Of a stretch of DNA of 64,000 nucleotides, positions 27,813 to 38,900 are shown piece after piece; position 1 is the stretch's first letter, and every line of letters starts with the position of its first letter. The stretch is taken from contig DASSSF010000058.1 of the NCBI GenBank assembly GCA_035708565.1, positions 2,704 through 66,703 on the forward strand, in the 5' to 3' direction. The notes beneath the pieces were generated by a model. That model was not told where the DNA came from, ran no database searches, and saw nothing but the letters and a program-made list of their open reading frames with translations. The position numbers were made by a program, and so were the translations under genes. Source of the stretch: Candidatus Limnocylindria bacterium. Its GTDB lineage: Bacteria > Chloroflexota > Limnocylindria > P2-11E.

Positions 27813-29600
27813 CTACTTGCCGTAGAGCCTGCCGTCGAGGATGAGCTTGACGGCGAAGTTGTCGCCGCCGCCCTGCTGGTAGATCTTGTCGCCGTCCGGC
27901 GGCCACCCCGCCACGCGCTTCTGCGTGTTGAGCGGGTTGTTGCCGAGCCGCTCCCACAGCGGGATCGCGGGCAGGAGCTCGTTGTACGCGAGCGTGAGCT
28001 TCGTGACGATCGGCTTCTGCTTCTCGATGTCGCTGCCCTCGGCGGACTGGTCGAGCATCGCCTGCCAGTCGATCTCGCCGGCCGTCGTCGTCGTCGCCTT
28101 GAGCGGGTACTTCATGCCGCCGCCCGCCGGCGTGACGCTGTACTCCCGGATCGGCCGCACGAGCGACTGCTGCGGGTGCGGGTTCGCGATCCCCCACGCG
28201 TTGAGGGCGATCTGGAAGTTGCCGTTGTTGAAGTCCGTGAGCTGCTGGGCCCGCTGGGCGCCGCGCAGCGTGATCTTGATGCCGAACTCGTTGAGCGACT
28301 TCGAGGCGTGCTCCGCCGCGCTCGACCAGTCGGCGAAGTCGCTCGGGAAGTAGAGCTCGAACTCGAGCTTCTTCCCTTCCTTCGCGTAGATCCCGTCCGA
28401 GCCCTTCGCGTAGCCGGCCTCCCTCAGGAGCGAGTCCGCCTTCGCGCGGTCGAACGAGTACGAGTTGAGCTTGCCGCGGTCGGCGGACGAGATCCAGTTC
28501 TCCACGATGCCGTCGCTGTAGCCGGCCATGTACTTCGGCGCGCGAGCCGACTGGCCGTAGGCGATCGTGCCGCTCTCCTGCCGGTTGATCGCGTGCGCGA
28601 CAGCCTGGCGGAGACGCTTGTCCTGGAACTGCGGCGCCTTCTCCCAGTGCAAGTAGAGCGCCGGTCCCGTGAAGAGCGGGCCGCGGACGATGCGAAGCCC
28701 TGCGTCCTGCATCGCCTTGTCCGTGGCGACGGGGAAGCCGTGCGTCGCGTAGTCGACGTCGCCGGCGAGCACGAGCGGCGTGACCTCCGCGGTCTCGCCC
28801 TGGTAGACGACCACCTTGTCGAAGTTCACCTTGTCGGCGAAGAGGCCGCCGGGGTTCCGGACGAGCGTGACCTGCGACGCCGTGAGCGTCGAGTGGTCCA
28901 TCTTGTACGGGCCGGACGCGACGTAGACGGTCGGGCGGAGCGCCTGGAGCTCGGTGCGGACGGCCTTGACCTCGTCGGAGGCCGTCGTCTTGCCCTGCGC
29001 GAAGAGGTCGCCGGCCTTCTTGGCGATGGCGCCGTAGATGGAGTCGGGGCGGATCGAGTTGCGCAGGATGAGCCGCTCGCCGAGCGTCGTGAGCGTCTTG
29101 TACGTGAAGCGGACCGTGAGGTCGTCGACCGCCTCCACCTTGTCGATGTACGACCAGATGCCGAAGCCCTCCATGCGGCCGATCGTGTACGTCGTGACGA
29201 CGTCCTTCGACGACACGGCGGCGCCGTCCGACCACTTGAGGCCCGAGCGGAGCTTGACCTCGTAGGCGTTCCCGCTCGTCTTCGTGGACTCGGCGAGCAG
29301 GTACTCCCACTTGGCGTCGCCCCAGTTGTAGATGCCGAGGTTCGGCTGCATGAGGTCGACGTAGATGCTCGACGGCCCGAGGATCGCGGTCGCGCTGACG
29401 AAGCTGTTGAAGTGGTGCGCCGGCGGCAGCTGGTAGGGCCACGCGCCGTGGAACGCGCCGCCCTTCTTGACGGTGCCGCCCTGCGTCGCGGTGGGCGTGC
29501 TCGTGCCCGGCGCGCAGGACGCCGCGATCATGCCGACCGACACAAGGGTCGAGTCCCGGAGGAATCTGCGGCGGGAAACGCGGTACGCGGGTGCCTTCAT
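27813..29600 (-). CDS. ABC transporter substrate-binding protein, family 5 (oligopeptide/dipeptide/nickel type), Tat signal 'RRRFLRDS'
   Basis: 595 aa. It has an ATGA overlap with the upstream small ORF, whose 'caggagggga' acts as the SD. Confidence 0.9.
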   Translation of the reverse strand: MKAPAYRVSRRRFLRDSTLVSVGMIAASCAPGTSTPTATQGGTVKKGGAFHGAWPYQLPPAHHFNSFVSATAILGPSSIYVDLMQPNLGIYNWGDAKWEYLLAESTKTSGNAYEVKLRSGLKWSDGAAVSSKDVVTTYTIGRMEGFGIWSYIDKVEAVDDLTVRFTYKTLTTLGERLILRNSIRPDSIYGAIAKKAGDLFAQGKTTASDEVKAVRTELQALRPTVYVASGPYKMDHSTLTASQVTLVRNPGGLFADKVNFDKVVVYQGETAEVTPLVLAGDVDYATHGFPVATDKAMQDAGLRIVRGPLFTGPALYLHWEKAPQFQDKRLRQAVAHAINRQESGTIAYGQSARAPKYMAGYSDGIVENWISSADRGKLNSYSFDRAKADSLLREAGYAKGSDGIYAKEGKKLEFELYFPSDFADWSSAAEHASKSLNEFGIKITLRGAQRAQQLTDFNNGNFQIALNAWGIANPHPQQSLVRPIREYSVTPAGGGMKYPLKATTTTAGEIDWQAMLDQSAEGSDIEKQKPIVTKLTLAYNELLPAIPLWERLGNNPLNTQKRVAGWPPDGDKIYQQGGGDNFAVKLILDGRLYGK

Positions 29601-29863
29601 GTCTTCCCCTCCTGATGGTCCGTGCTGTTGTACCGTCCGCTCTCCGCCTTGTCACTCTGCGGAACGCGGTCGGCCGGTATCCGTGGCGTGCCGAGTCGGG
29701 CGAGCGCGGCGATGACCGCGATGAACAGCGCCCCGACGACGAGGCCCATGGCCGTTACGACGAACTCGGCCGACGCGCGGTCCTGCATCGGCAGGGTGAT
29801 GAGCGAGACGACGAAGATCAGCACGGCGACGCGGAATCCGCCCTGGAGGACCCGCGGGTCCAT
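29597..29863 (-). CDS. Small membrane protein (88 aa, 2 TM) embedded in the peptide ABC operon
   Basis: GC3-rich frame. Precisely coupled: its start overlaps the ATPase stop and its stop overlaps the SBP start. Confidence 0.55.
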   Translation of the reverse strand: MDPRVLQGGFRVAVLIFVVSLITLPMQDRASAEFVVTAMGLVVGALFIAVIAALARLGTPRIPADRVPQSDKAESGRYNSTDHQEGKT

Positions 29864-30868
29864 CTAGCGGGCGCCGAGCAGCTCGGCGGCGGGTGTCCGC
29901 TCGCGGACCGCCACGTGGCACGCCACGTCCCGCGTGCCCGGAAGCGGCAGGAGCTCGGGTACCTGGACGTCGCAGAGGCCCGGCTCCATCAGCGGGCAGC
30001 GCGGATGGAAGGAGCAACCGCTCGGCAGCGCGCTGAGGCTCGGCGCCTCCGCCGAGCGCAGCTTGACGCGGGTCTTCCCCCTCGTGATCTCGGGATCCGC
30101 CTCCGGCACGGCGCCGACGAGGGCGGCCGTGTACGGATGAGCGGGGTCCTCGACGAGCGCCTCGGTCGCCGCGAGCTCGACGACACGGCCGAGATACATG
30201 ACGGCCACGCGTCCCTCTCGGCCGAAGTAGCGCGCGACGGCGAGGTCGTGGGTGATGAGCACCGTCGCGACGCCGAACTCCGTCGCGAGCCCGTGCAGCA
30301 GGTCGAGGAGGCTGATGCGGATCGACACGTCGACCATCGACACGGCCTCGTCCGCGACGATCGCGCGCGGCTCCACGGTGAGCGCCCGCGCGATCGCGAC
30401 GCGCTGGCGCTGCCCGCCCGAGAGCTGGTGCGGGTACTTCGCCGCCATGTCCGGCGCGGGCGTCAGGCCGACCATCTCGAGCAGCTCGAGCGCGGTCGCG
30501 CGCGCGACGCGGCGGTCGCGCGTGCGATGGCGGAGGATCGGCGTCTCGAGCGTCTGCAGCACGGTGCGCGTCGGATTGAGCGAGGCGTACGGGTCCTGGT
30601 GGACGAGCTGGACGGAGCGGCGGAAGCGGGCGAAGAGCTCCCTCGGACCGCCCCAGACGTCCTGGCCCTCGAAGAGGAGCCGCCCGGCCGACGGACGCAG
30701 GAGCCCGGCGAGCATCTTCCCCGTCGTCGTCTTGCCGCAGCCGCTCTCGCCCACGATGCAGAGTGCCTCGCCCCTGTCCACGGCGAGCGACACGTCGTCG
30801 ACGGCGGTGATCGCGGCCGCGCCGGTGCCGAAGCGCCGCGTCGCGCGCTCGAGCGCGAGGAGGGTCAC
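29864..30868 (-). CDS. Peptide ABC transporter ATP-binding protein (OppF/DppF-like)
   Basis: GTG start. Walker A 'GESGCGKTT', signature 'LSGGQRQR', and the C-terminal oligopeptide-type extension 'CSFHPRCP'. Confidence 0.9.
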   Translation of the reverse strand: MTLLALERATRRFGTGAAAITAVDDVSLAVDRGEALCIVGESGCGKTTTGKMLAGLLRPSAGRLLFEGQDVWGGPRELFARFRRSVQLVHQDPYASLNPTRTVLQTLETPILRHRTRDRRVARATALELLEMVGLTPAPDMAAKYPHQLSGGQRQRVAIARALTVEPRAIVADEAVSMVDVSIRISLLDLLHGLATEFGVATVLITHDLAVARYFGREGRVAVMYLGRVVELAATEALVEDPAHPYTAALVGAVPEADPEITRGKTRVKLRSAEAPSLSALPSGCSFHPRCPLMEPGLCDVQVPELLPLPGTRDVACHVAVRERTPAAELLGAR

Positions 30869-31896
30869 GCGAGCTTCTCCGCCACGGCGCGCCGCTCGGT
30901 GCCGACGAGCTCGGCCACGGCCTTCCAGCGGATGCACCGCGCGTCGTGCTCGGGCGTGTCGACCGGAATGAGCGCGGGCTCCTCGCGCTTGCAGGCGTCG
31001 ATGACGAGCGGGCAGCGCGGGTGGTACGTGCAGCCGTGCGGGAGCCGGACGAGGTCGGGCGGCGAGCCCGGGATCGAGGCGACCGAGCCGAGCGCGCCGG
31101 AGACCCGCGGCACCGCGCGCAGGAGGCCCACGGAGTAGGGGTGCCGCGGCCGGTAGAAGAGATCGCTCACGCTCGCACGCTCCACGGCGCGGCCGGCGTA
31201 CATCGTGAGGACGCGGTCGGCGAGCTCCGCCGCGAGCGACAGGTCGTGGGAGATGAAGATCGTCGCGAAGCCGAGCTTCGCGCGGAGGTCCCGCAGGAGG
31301 TCGATGATCGCGCGCTGCGTGAGGATGTCGAGCGCCGTCGTCGGCTCGTCGAAGATGACGAGCTGTGGCCGGAGGAGCAGCGCCACGGCGATGCAGACGC
31401 GCTGGCGCATGCCGCCCGAGAGCTCGTGCGGGTACGCGCGCAGGACCCGGCCCGCGTCGAGATGCACGAGGTCGAGGAGCTCGCGGGCGCGGTCGCGGAC
31501 CTGGCGCGCGTCGCGCATGCCGTGCGCCCGCGCCGTGTCGAGGAACTGGTCCCAGATGGTGAGCACCGGGTTGAAGGAGTTGAGCGCCGCCTGGAACACC
31601 ATCGCGCACTCGCGCCAGCGCCAGCGGCGCAGCTCGTCCGGCTCCATCGTCCGCACGTCCTCGGTGCTCCCGTCCGCCGCCGTGTACAGGATCCGCCCGC
31701 TCGTGACGTGCGCGGCGCGCGAGAGCCCGATGAGCGCGACGGCCAGCGTCGTCTTCCCGGATCCGCTCTCGCCGATGATCGCGAGCGTCTCGCCGCGCGA
31801 GACCGTGAAGGAGACCTCGCGCACCGCGCGGGCCGGTCCGCGCCGCGTCGGGTACTCGACGGAGAGGTCGTCGACGGCGAGGACGGGCGCGGTCAC
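30865..31896 (-). CDS. Peptide ABC transporter ATP-binding protein (OppD/DppD-like)
   Basis: Walker A 'GESGSGKTT', 'LSGGMRQR', C-terminal 'CTYHPRCP'. Confidence 0.9.
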   Translation of the reverse strand: MTAPVLAVDDLSVEYPTRRGPARAVREVSFTVSRGETLAIIGESGSGKTTLAVALIGLSRAAHVTSGRILYTAADGSTEDVRTMEPDELRRWRWRECAMVFQAALNSFNPVLTIWDQFLDTARAHGMRDARQVRDRARELLDLVHLDAGRVLRAYPHELSGGMRQRVCIAVALLLRPQLVIFDEPTTALDILTQRAIIDLLRDLRAKLGFATIFISHDLSLAAELADRVLTMYAGRAVERASVSDLFYRPRHPYSVGLLRAVPRVSGALGSVASIPGSPPDLVRLPHGCTYHPRCPLVIDACKREEPALIPVDTPEHDARCIRWKAVAELVGTERRAVAEKLA

Positions 31897-32795
31897 GAGC
31901 GGCGCAGGCGCGGGTCGAAGATGTCCTCGAGCGCGGACACGAAGAACACGAGCGACAGCTGGAAGAGGACGATCATCGCGATCGGGCTCGCGATCGACAA
32001 GAACGAGTCGCGGAAGTACAGGGCTCCCTGGTTCACCGCGAAGTAGATCGTGATCGCCCAGTTCTTCCCGGAGAGCGGCACGAGGCCGAGCACGACGAGC
32101 CCGACGATCAGGTAGATCGCCGCGGTCACGCCGAGGATGAAGTGGATGACGATGTACGAGCGCATGTTCGGGAGGATCTCGCGGAAGACGATGTGCGGGA
32201 GGCCGAGGTCGAGCGCGCGCGCCGCCTCGATGTAGTCGCGCTCCCGGAGCGAGAGGACCTGCGCGCGGATCTGCCGCAGGAGCGCCGACCACGTGAGCGC
32301 CGCGAGGAGCAGCGCGAGGACGACCACGCCGTCCGGGCGCAGCAGCGCGGCCGCGACCACGAGCACGGGGAAGTGGGGGATCGTGAGGACGACGTCGTTG
32401 ACCGCGACGATCACGGCGTCGACCTTGCCGCCGACGGTCGCGGCGATCGCGCCGAGCGCGACGGCGGTGAGCGTGGAGAGGAAGCCCGTGAGCGCCGCGG
32501 TGACGAGGATCTCCCTCCCGCCGTGCACGAGCTGGTTGAGCACGTCGCGTCCCGCGTAGTCGGTGCCGAGCGGGTGCGCCGCGGACGGCCCCTGGTACAC
32601 GGCGGTCACGTCCGTCGCGTCGAGGACCGGGACGAAGACCGGCACGACGAGCGCGAACAGGATGAAGAAGACGATCCCGGCGAGGCCGAGGAGCCCGACC
32701 GGGCGGCGGGAGAGGAGCCGGAGGAAGTCGACGGTCGACTCGACCCAGCCGGGGAGCGCGCGAGCGGCGCCGATGCCGGCGGCCGCCGCGGTCAT
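31893..32795 (-). CDS. Peptide ABC transporter permease (OppC/DppC-like)
   Basis: Internal ATG. EAA-like loop 'YIEAARALDLG'. Confidence 0.9.
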   Translation of the reverse strand: MTAAAAGIGAARALPGWVESTVDFLRLLSRRPVGLLGLAGIVFFILFALVVPVFVPVLDATDVTAVYQGPSAAHPLGTDYAGRDVLNQLVHGGREILVTAALTGFLSTLTAVALGAIAATVGGKVDAVIVAVNDVVLTIPHFPVLVVAAALLRPDGVVVLALLLAALTWSALLRQIRAQVLSLRERDYIEAARALDLGLPHIVFREILPNMRSYIVIHFILGVTAAIYLIVGLVVLGLVPLSGKNWAITIYFAVNQGALYFRDSFLSIASPIAMIVLFQLSLVFFVSALEDIFDPRLRRS

Positions 32796-33901
32796 CCGGA
32801 CGCACCCCCCGGCCGGCCGATCCGCGGGTCGATCTTGCTGTAGACGAGGTCCGCCACGAGGTTCGCGACCACGACGGAGGCCGTGATGACGAGGAGGATG
32901 CCCTGCATCACCGGGTAGTCGCGCTGGGCGATCGCGCGGTCGAGGCGGTAGCCGACGCCCGGATAGACGAGCAGCGTCTCGATGAGGATCGAGCCGCCCA
33001 CGATGAACCCGGCCGCGATGGCGAGCTGCTGGACGAGGGGGAGGATCGCGTTGCGGCCGACGTAGGCCGTGGTGATCCGCGCGTCGGACAGCCCGCGGGC
33101 GCGCGCGGCGGCGACGTAGTCCTCCTCGAGCGAGCCGAGGGTCGCGCTCTTCATCGAGAGGACCCAGTGTCCGATGTGGACGAGGAAGAACATCAGGATC
33201 GGCAGCGAGGCGTGGTACAGGACGTCGCCGATGAACTCGAGCGTGAAGCCCGGCGCGATCCCGGGCGTGGTCGCGCCCCGCATCTGCGCGACCGGCAGCC
33301 AGCGCAGCTGCACGCCGAAGACGACGATGATCATGACCGCGAGCAGGTACGGCTGGATCGACGAGACGATCGACGAGCCGGTCACGAAGAGGTTGTCGAA
33401 CCAGCCGCCGCGGCGGTACGCCGCGACGAGCCCGATGAGCACGCCGACGATGAACGAGAGGAACGTCCCCACGCCCACCGCGAGGATGGTCCACGGGAGG
33501 ACGGCGAGGATGATCGAGGACACCGACGTGCCCGACGAGAGGAACGAGGCGCCGAGGTCGCCGCGCGCGAGGTGCTCGAGGAACGAGAGGTACTGCTCGT
33601 GGACGGGCGCGTCGAGGTCGATCGCGATGAGCGCGCCGACCATGCCGCGCGCCTCCTCGTAGGTCATCGCGCCGTCGCGGGTGAGCTCCTCGATCTTGAT
33701 GTCCACGGGGCTTCCCGGCATGAGACGGATCAGGCCGAACGTGAGCGTCGTCGTGATCCAGATCGTGAGCACGGCCTTCGTGAGCGCCCGCATCGCCGGC
33801 GACCGCCAGGTGCGGCCCAGCCAGCGGCCCGCGGTGCGATAGCGACCGTACGGGAACGTCTGGGCATCGAGCCTCGCACCGGCGGGGCCCGCGGTCGTCA
33901 C
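32792..33901 (-). CDS. Peptide ABC transporter permease (OppB/DppB-like). An alternative start is at 33793.
   Basis: BPD_transp_1 core 'EDYVAAARARGLS'. GTG at 33901 gives a 4-nt overlap with the HAD gene. Confidence 0.85.
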   Translation of the reverse strand: MTTAGPAGARLDAQTFPYGRYRTAGRWLGRTWRSPAMRALTKAVLTIWITTTLTFGLIRLMPGSPVDIKIEELTRDGAMTYEEARGMVGALIAIDLDAPVHEQYLSFLEHLARGDLGASFLSSGTSVSSIILAVLPWTILAVGVGTFLSFIVGVLIGLVAAYRRGGWFDNLFVTGSSIVSSIQPYLLAVMIIVVFGVQLRWLPVAQMRGATTPGIAPGFTLEFIGDVLYHASLPILMFFLVHIGHWVLSMKSATLGSLEEDYVAAARARGLSDARITTAYVGRNAILPLVQQLAIAAGFIVGGSILIETLLVYPGVGYRLDRAIAQRDYPVMQGILLVITASVVVANLVADLVYSKIDPRIGRPGGASG

Positions 33902-34563
33902 GCCCCGGAGGTTAGCGCCACGAGGTCCTCGATCCGGAGGTCGGCAAGCGAGGACACGCGCAGGTCCGCCGGCGAGAGGTCGAGGCGTGCGGTGAGCGCG
34001 TTCGGCACGGCGACCACGCGCATCCCCGCCGCCTTCGCGGCGAGGACGCCGTTACGGGAGTCCTCGAGCGCGACGGCTTCGTGGGCCGCGACGCCGAGCG
34101 CGGCGAGCGCGGCGAGGTAGAGGTCGGGGGCGGGCTTCGCCCGCATCCCCTCCTCCCGGCAGACGATCGCGTCCCAGTGCTCGCGGAAGCCGAACCGGTC
34201 GAGGTGGCCGCACACCCACGCGTCCGACGAGCTCGACGCGACCCCGAGCCGAAGGCCGCGGCCGCGCGCGGCGTCCACGAGCTCGCGCACGCCGGGCATG
34301 AGGTCGAGGCGCAGGATCATCTCGGTCCGCCGCGCGTTCCGGCGCGCGCGGATCGCCTCCCAGTCGTGGTCGCCGGCGACGCGCTCGCGCAGGTAGGCGA
34401 GCGCGTCGAACCAGCCGCCCTCGCGTCCCAGGTAGTCGAACCACTTGTCGAGCGGGAGCTCCTCGCCGTGCTCCCGGTAGATCTCGGCCCAGGCCGTGTA
34501 GGACGGCGTCTCCGTCTCGAGGAGGAGCCCGTCGAAGTCGAAGACGAGCGCGCGCAGGCTCAC
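33898..34563 (-). CDS. HAD-IA family hydrolase (beta-phosphoglucomutase / phosphatase-like)
   Basis: GTG start. Motif I 'LVFDFDGLL', motif III/IV 'ALEDSRNGVLAAKAAGM'. Confidence 0.8.
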   Translation of the reverse strand: MSLRALVFDFDGLLLETETPSYTAWAEIYREHGEELPLDKWFDYLGREGGWFDALAYLRERVAGDHDWEAIRARRNARRTEMILRLDLMPGVRELVDAARGRGLRLGVASSSSDAWVCGHLDRFGFREHWDAIVCREEGMRAKPAPDLYLAALAALGVAAHEAVALEDSRNGVLAAKAAGMRVVAVPNALTARLDLSPADLRVSSLADLRIEDLVALTSGA

Positions 34564-35910
34564 CGCTGCGTCGCGTACCCCCGGTAGAGGCGCGCCGTCG
34601 CGCGCAGCGCCTTCCGGTAGTTCGCGAGGACGATGTGCTCGTTCGGCGCGTGCGCGCCCGCGCCGGGGTGGGCCATGCCGAGCGTCACGTTCGCGAGCCC
34701 GCCGCGGTGGCAGACCTCCCACATCGGGCTCGTCCCGCCGCTCGTGGGCACGAGCATCGCCTCCTTCCCGTACGCCTCCTCGGCGGCCGCCTTCGCCGCG
34801 CGCACGAGCGGGTCGTCCCGGCGCCCGCGGTACGGGCGCGTGCCTTCCTTGCCCTCCACCTCGACGTCGCCGAAGCCGCGCCGGTCGAGGTGCGCGCGGA
34901 GGAGCGCCTTCACGCGGGCCGGGTCCTGGTCGGGCACGAGGCGGAAGTCGATCTTGCACGACGCGACCGACGGGAGGACCGTCTTCGTGCCGTCGCCCGT
35001 GAAGCCGCTCACGATCCCGTCGATGTTGCACGTTGGCTCGAACTGCGCGCGGATCCGCGCCTCGCCGTCCGCGATCCCGAAGGCGAACCGCTCGATGCCG
35101 AAGATGCGCTTGATCTCCTCGGCCTCGAACGGGAGCGACGCGACGTGCGCGCGCTCCTCGGCCGTCGGCTCGCGCACGTCGTCGTAGAAGCCGTCGATGA
35201 GGATCCGCCCGCGCTCGTCCATGAGCGTCGAGAGGGCGTTCACGAGGCGCCAGGCCGCGTTCGGGAGGTACGTCGCGCCGCCGGAGTGCGCGTCGACCGC
35301 GAGCGTCCGCACGCGCAGCTCGACGTAGCAGATCCCCTTTCCGCCGAGGAGGAGCTGGGGCCGGCCGGTGCTGTCGATGCCGCCGCCCTCTTTCAGAGCG
35401 GCTGTCCCATCCGTCAGCCGAGGATCGCTCTGGAGCATGCGTGCGAGGTTCGGGCTCCCCGACTCCTCCTCGCCCTCGATGAGGAACCGCACGCGTATGC
35501 CGAGGTCGCCGAACGCGGCGCGGTGGGCCTCGAGCGCCTGGATGCGCAGGAGCAGGTGCCCCTTGTTGTCGTCCGCGCCGCGCGCGTAGAGCGCGCCGTC
35601 GCGGACGGCCGGCTCGTACGGCGGCGTGCGCCAGAGCTCGAGCGGGACGGCGGGCTGCACGTCGTAGTGCTGCACGCAGATGAGCGTCCGCTGCCCGGCG
35701 CCGATCTCGCCGACGACGAGCGGTGGGACGCCGTCCACGCGGATGAGGCGCGCCTCCGCGCCCGCTGCGCGCAGCCGCTCCGCGCACCAGGCCGCCGCGG
35801 ACTCGAGCGCGGCGGGAGCGTCCGCCTCGGACGGGATCGCGCAGAGATCGCGCAGCTCGTCCGTGTAGCGCTCTCTCCGCTCGTCGATGAAGCGCGCCAG
35901 GGCATCCGTC
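34560..35910 (-). CDS. M20 family metallopeptidase (dipeptidase / carboxypeptidase type)
   Basis: GTG at 35910 with a 'gggagggg' SD. Metal site 'ADDNKGHLL' and 'EGEEESGSPN'. Confidence 0.85.
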
Positions 35911-35939
35911 ACGTACCCACCCCTCCCTAGACTGCCGCC

Positions 35940-38900
35940 ATGCCGGAGGAGCGCAAGTTGGCGACCATCCTCTTCGCCGACATCGTCGGCTCGACCGAGA
36001 CCGGCGCGGCCCACGATCCCGAGGTCGTCCGCCGCGAGCTGTCGCGCGCGTTCGCGGAGATGAGACAGATCCTCGAGCGGCACGGCGGGACGGTGGAGAA
36101 GTTCATCGGCGACGCCGTCATGGCGGTGTTCGGCGTCCCCGTGGCGCACGACGACGACGCCGACCGCGCCGTCCGTGCCGCCTTCGCGCTCCGTGACCGG
36201 ATCGCGGCGCTCAGCGCCGGCGGCCGGATCCCCCTCGAGCTGCGGCTCGGCCTGAACACGGGGCAGGTCGTCGCGGGCACTGGTGGCGAGACGCTCGTCA
36301 CCGGTCCCGCGGTGAACGAGGCCGCGCGCCTGCAGCAGGCCGCGGCGTCGGGTGAGATCCTCGCGGGTGCGCTCACGCGCCGGCTGACCTCCGGCGGCGT
36401 CGAGTACGGACCGGTGCGCCGCGTCGAGGCGAAGGGTGTCGGCGAGCTGGAGGTCGCGCCGGCGGAGCGGCTCGCCTCGGCGGTCCCCGAGCAGCATCGC
36501 GGCATCGCGGGCCTCCAGGCGCCGCTGATCGGTCGCGACGAGGAGCTGCGCCTGCTGGTCGACGCGTACCGGAAGGTCGAGCGGGAGGAACGCGCGAGCC
36601 TTGTGACGATCTACGGCGACGCCGGTGTCGGCAAGTCGCGCCTCGTGCGGGAGCTCGTGGAGGCGCTCGGCGACGCCCGCGTGCGAAGAGGCCGCTGCCT
36701 GCCGTACGGCGAGGGCATCACCTTCTGGCCCGTCGTCGAGATCCTCCGCGCTGACGCCGGTATCACCGCGCAGGACACGTACGAGCAGGCGACGCTCAAG
36801 CTCCGCGCGGCGGTGCTCGCGGCGTTCGGCGAGGCGACCGACGACGCCGACGCCGTCGCGCGGCGGCTCGCCGTCCTCGCCGGCATCGCGCGGGCCGAGG
36901 ACGCCCTGCCCGAGGTCGCGGCCGACGGCGTACCGAACGAGCTTCGCTGGGGCCTCCGGCGCTACGTCGAGCTCCGGGCCGCCGACGAGCCGCTGACGCT
37001 CGTGTTCGACGACATCCAGTGGGCCGAGCCCGCGCTCTACGGGCTCATCGAGCACCTGGCCGAATGGACGCGCGCGCCCGCGTTCCTTGTCTGCCTCGCG
37101 CGTCCCGAGATGCGTGAGCGGCGGCCGGGATGGGGAGGCGGCCTCCTCAACGCGGCGGCGATCCGGCTCGATCCGCTGTCCGAGGACGAGTCGCGCCGGC
37201 TCATCGCCCGGCTGCTCGACATCGACGACCTTCCCGAGGGCGTTCGCGCGGAGGTCGTGCGGCGAGCGGAGGGCAACCCGCTCTACGTCGAGGAGTTCCT
37301 GCGCATGCTCATCGACGCCGGAGGCGTGGCCCGGCGCGGGGGCCGGTTCGTCGCCACGGCGTCCCTCGCGGAGCTCGAGGTCCCGCCGACGCTCCGTGGC
37401 CTCATCGCCGCGCGTCTCGACGCCGCACCGGCGGCGGTGAAGCACGCGCTGCAGCGGGCCTCGGTCGTGGGCAAGGTCTTCTGGCCGGAGGCCGTGGCCG
37501 CGCTCGGCGGGGTCGAGGGCCGGGCCGACGACGTCCTCCTCGAAGCCGCGCGCCGCGAGCTCGTCGCCGAGCTGGACGAGCGTGGCCCCGGCGGCGGCCG
37601 CGCCTGGACGTTCAGGCACATCCTCGTCCGCGACGTCGCCTATGTGTCCCTACCGAAGGAGGAGCGTTCGCGCGCGCACGACTTGTTCGGCCGCTGGCTC
37701 GAGGCCGCAGCCGGGGCGCGCCTGGATGAGTACGCGGACATCGTGGCCTACCACGCGGAGCAGGCGTTCCTCCTCGCCCACGAGCTCGGCGACCCCGCCG
37801 CCGCCGACCTCGGACGCCGCGCGCTCGAGGGGCTCATGGCGGCCGGACGAAAGGCGCGGCAGCGCGCCGACGCGCATGCGTCGCTCGCGTTCCACCGCCG
37901 CGCCCAGGCGATCGCGCAGGCGACCGCCGCGCCGGCGGCCGAGCGCGTGGCGGCGGCCGGCCTCGCCGCGTCGGCGCGTCTCCAGATCGAGAGCAGCGAC
38001 GAGGCGCTCGCGGAAGTGCGGGCGCTGCTCCCCGAGGCGCGGGCCGCGGGTCCGAGCGAGGCGCTCGTGGCCCTGCTCGTCGACACGAGCTTCCGCACGT
38101 TCGACGACAAGGAGCAGGCGTTCGCGCTCGATCGCGAGGCCGTGGAGGTCGCGCGTGCGCTCCGTGACCCGGAGACGATCGCGTTCGCCCTGTTCCAGTC
38201 GTCTTGGACGCCATGGGGCGTGGGCGATCTCGACATGCAGCGGCGCTGTCTGCTCGACGCCCTCGAGCACATGCGCGCGAGCGGGGCACGCCGCATGGAG
38301 TTCGGGTGCCTCGCCTGGCTCGCGAACAACGGGTACATGCGTGGCGACTTCGCGGCCGCGCACGCGTACCACGAGGAGGCGGCGCGGCGTGTCGCCGAGG
38401 GCAGCTCGCCGCTGCAGCGGATGTTCCTCACGCGGCAGCGCGGGGGATGGGCGTTGTCGAGGGGCGATCTCGCGACGGCCGCTTCGCTCGAGCGCGACCA
38501 GCTCCGCCAGGCGCAGGACCTCGGGCTACGGAGCCAGATCGGCGTCGCCCACATGTGGCTCGCGAGGGTGCTCCGGGACTCCGGCGACCTCGCCGCCGCC
38601 CGCGCCGCGCTCGAGAGCGCGGTGGCGATGCTCGCTCCTGCCGCGGAAGTGGCGTTCCGCGCCGAGGCCCGCGCGCAGCTCGCCCGGGTGTGCGTCGCGA
38701 TGGGCGACCTCGAGGAGGCGCGCGCGCAGGCGGATACGGCGCGTGCCGAGGTCGAGGCGGATGACGCGTTCACGCAGTGCACGAGCCGGAGCGCGCTCGC
38801 ACAGGTACGCGCGTTCGAAGGTCGGGCCGTCGAGGCCGAGGGTCTGTTCCGGGAGGCGCTCGAAGGCATCGCGCGGACGGGCTACCGCGCGCTCCACGCG

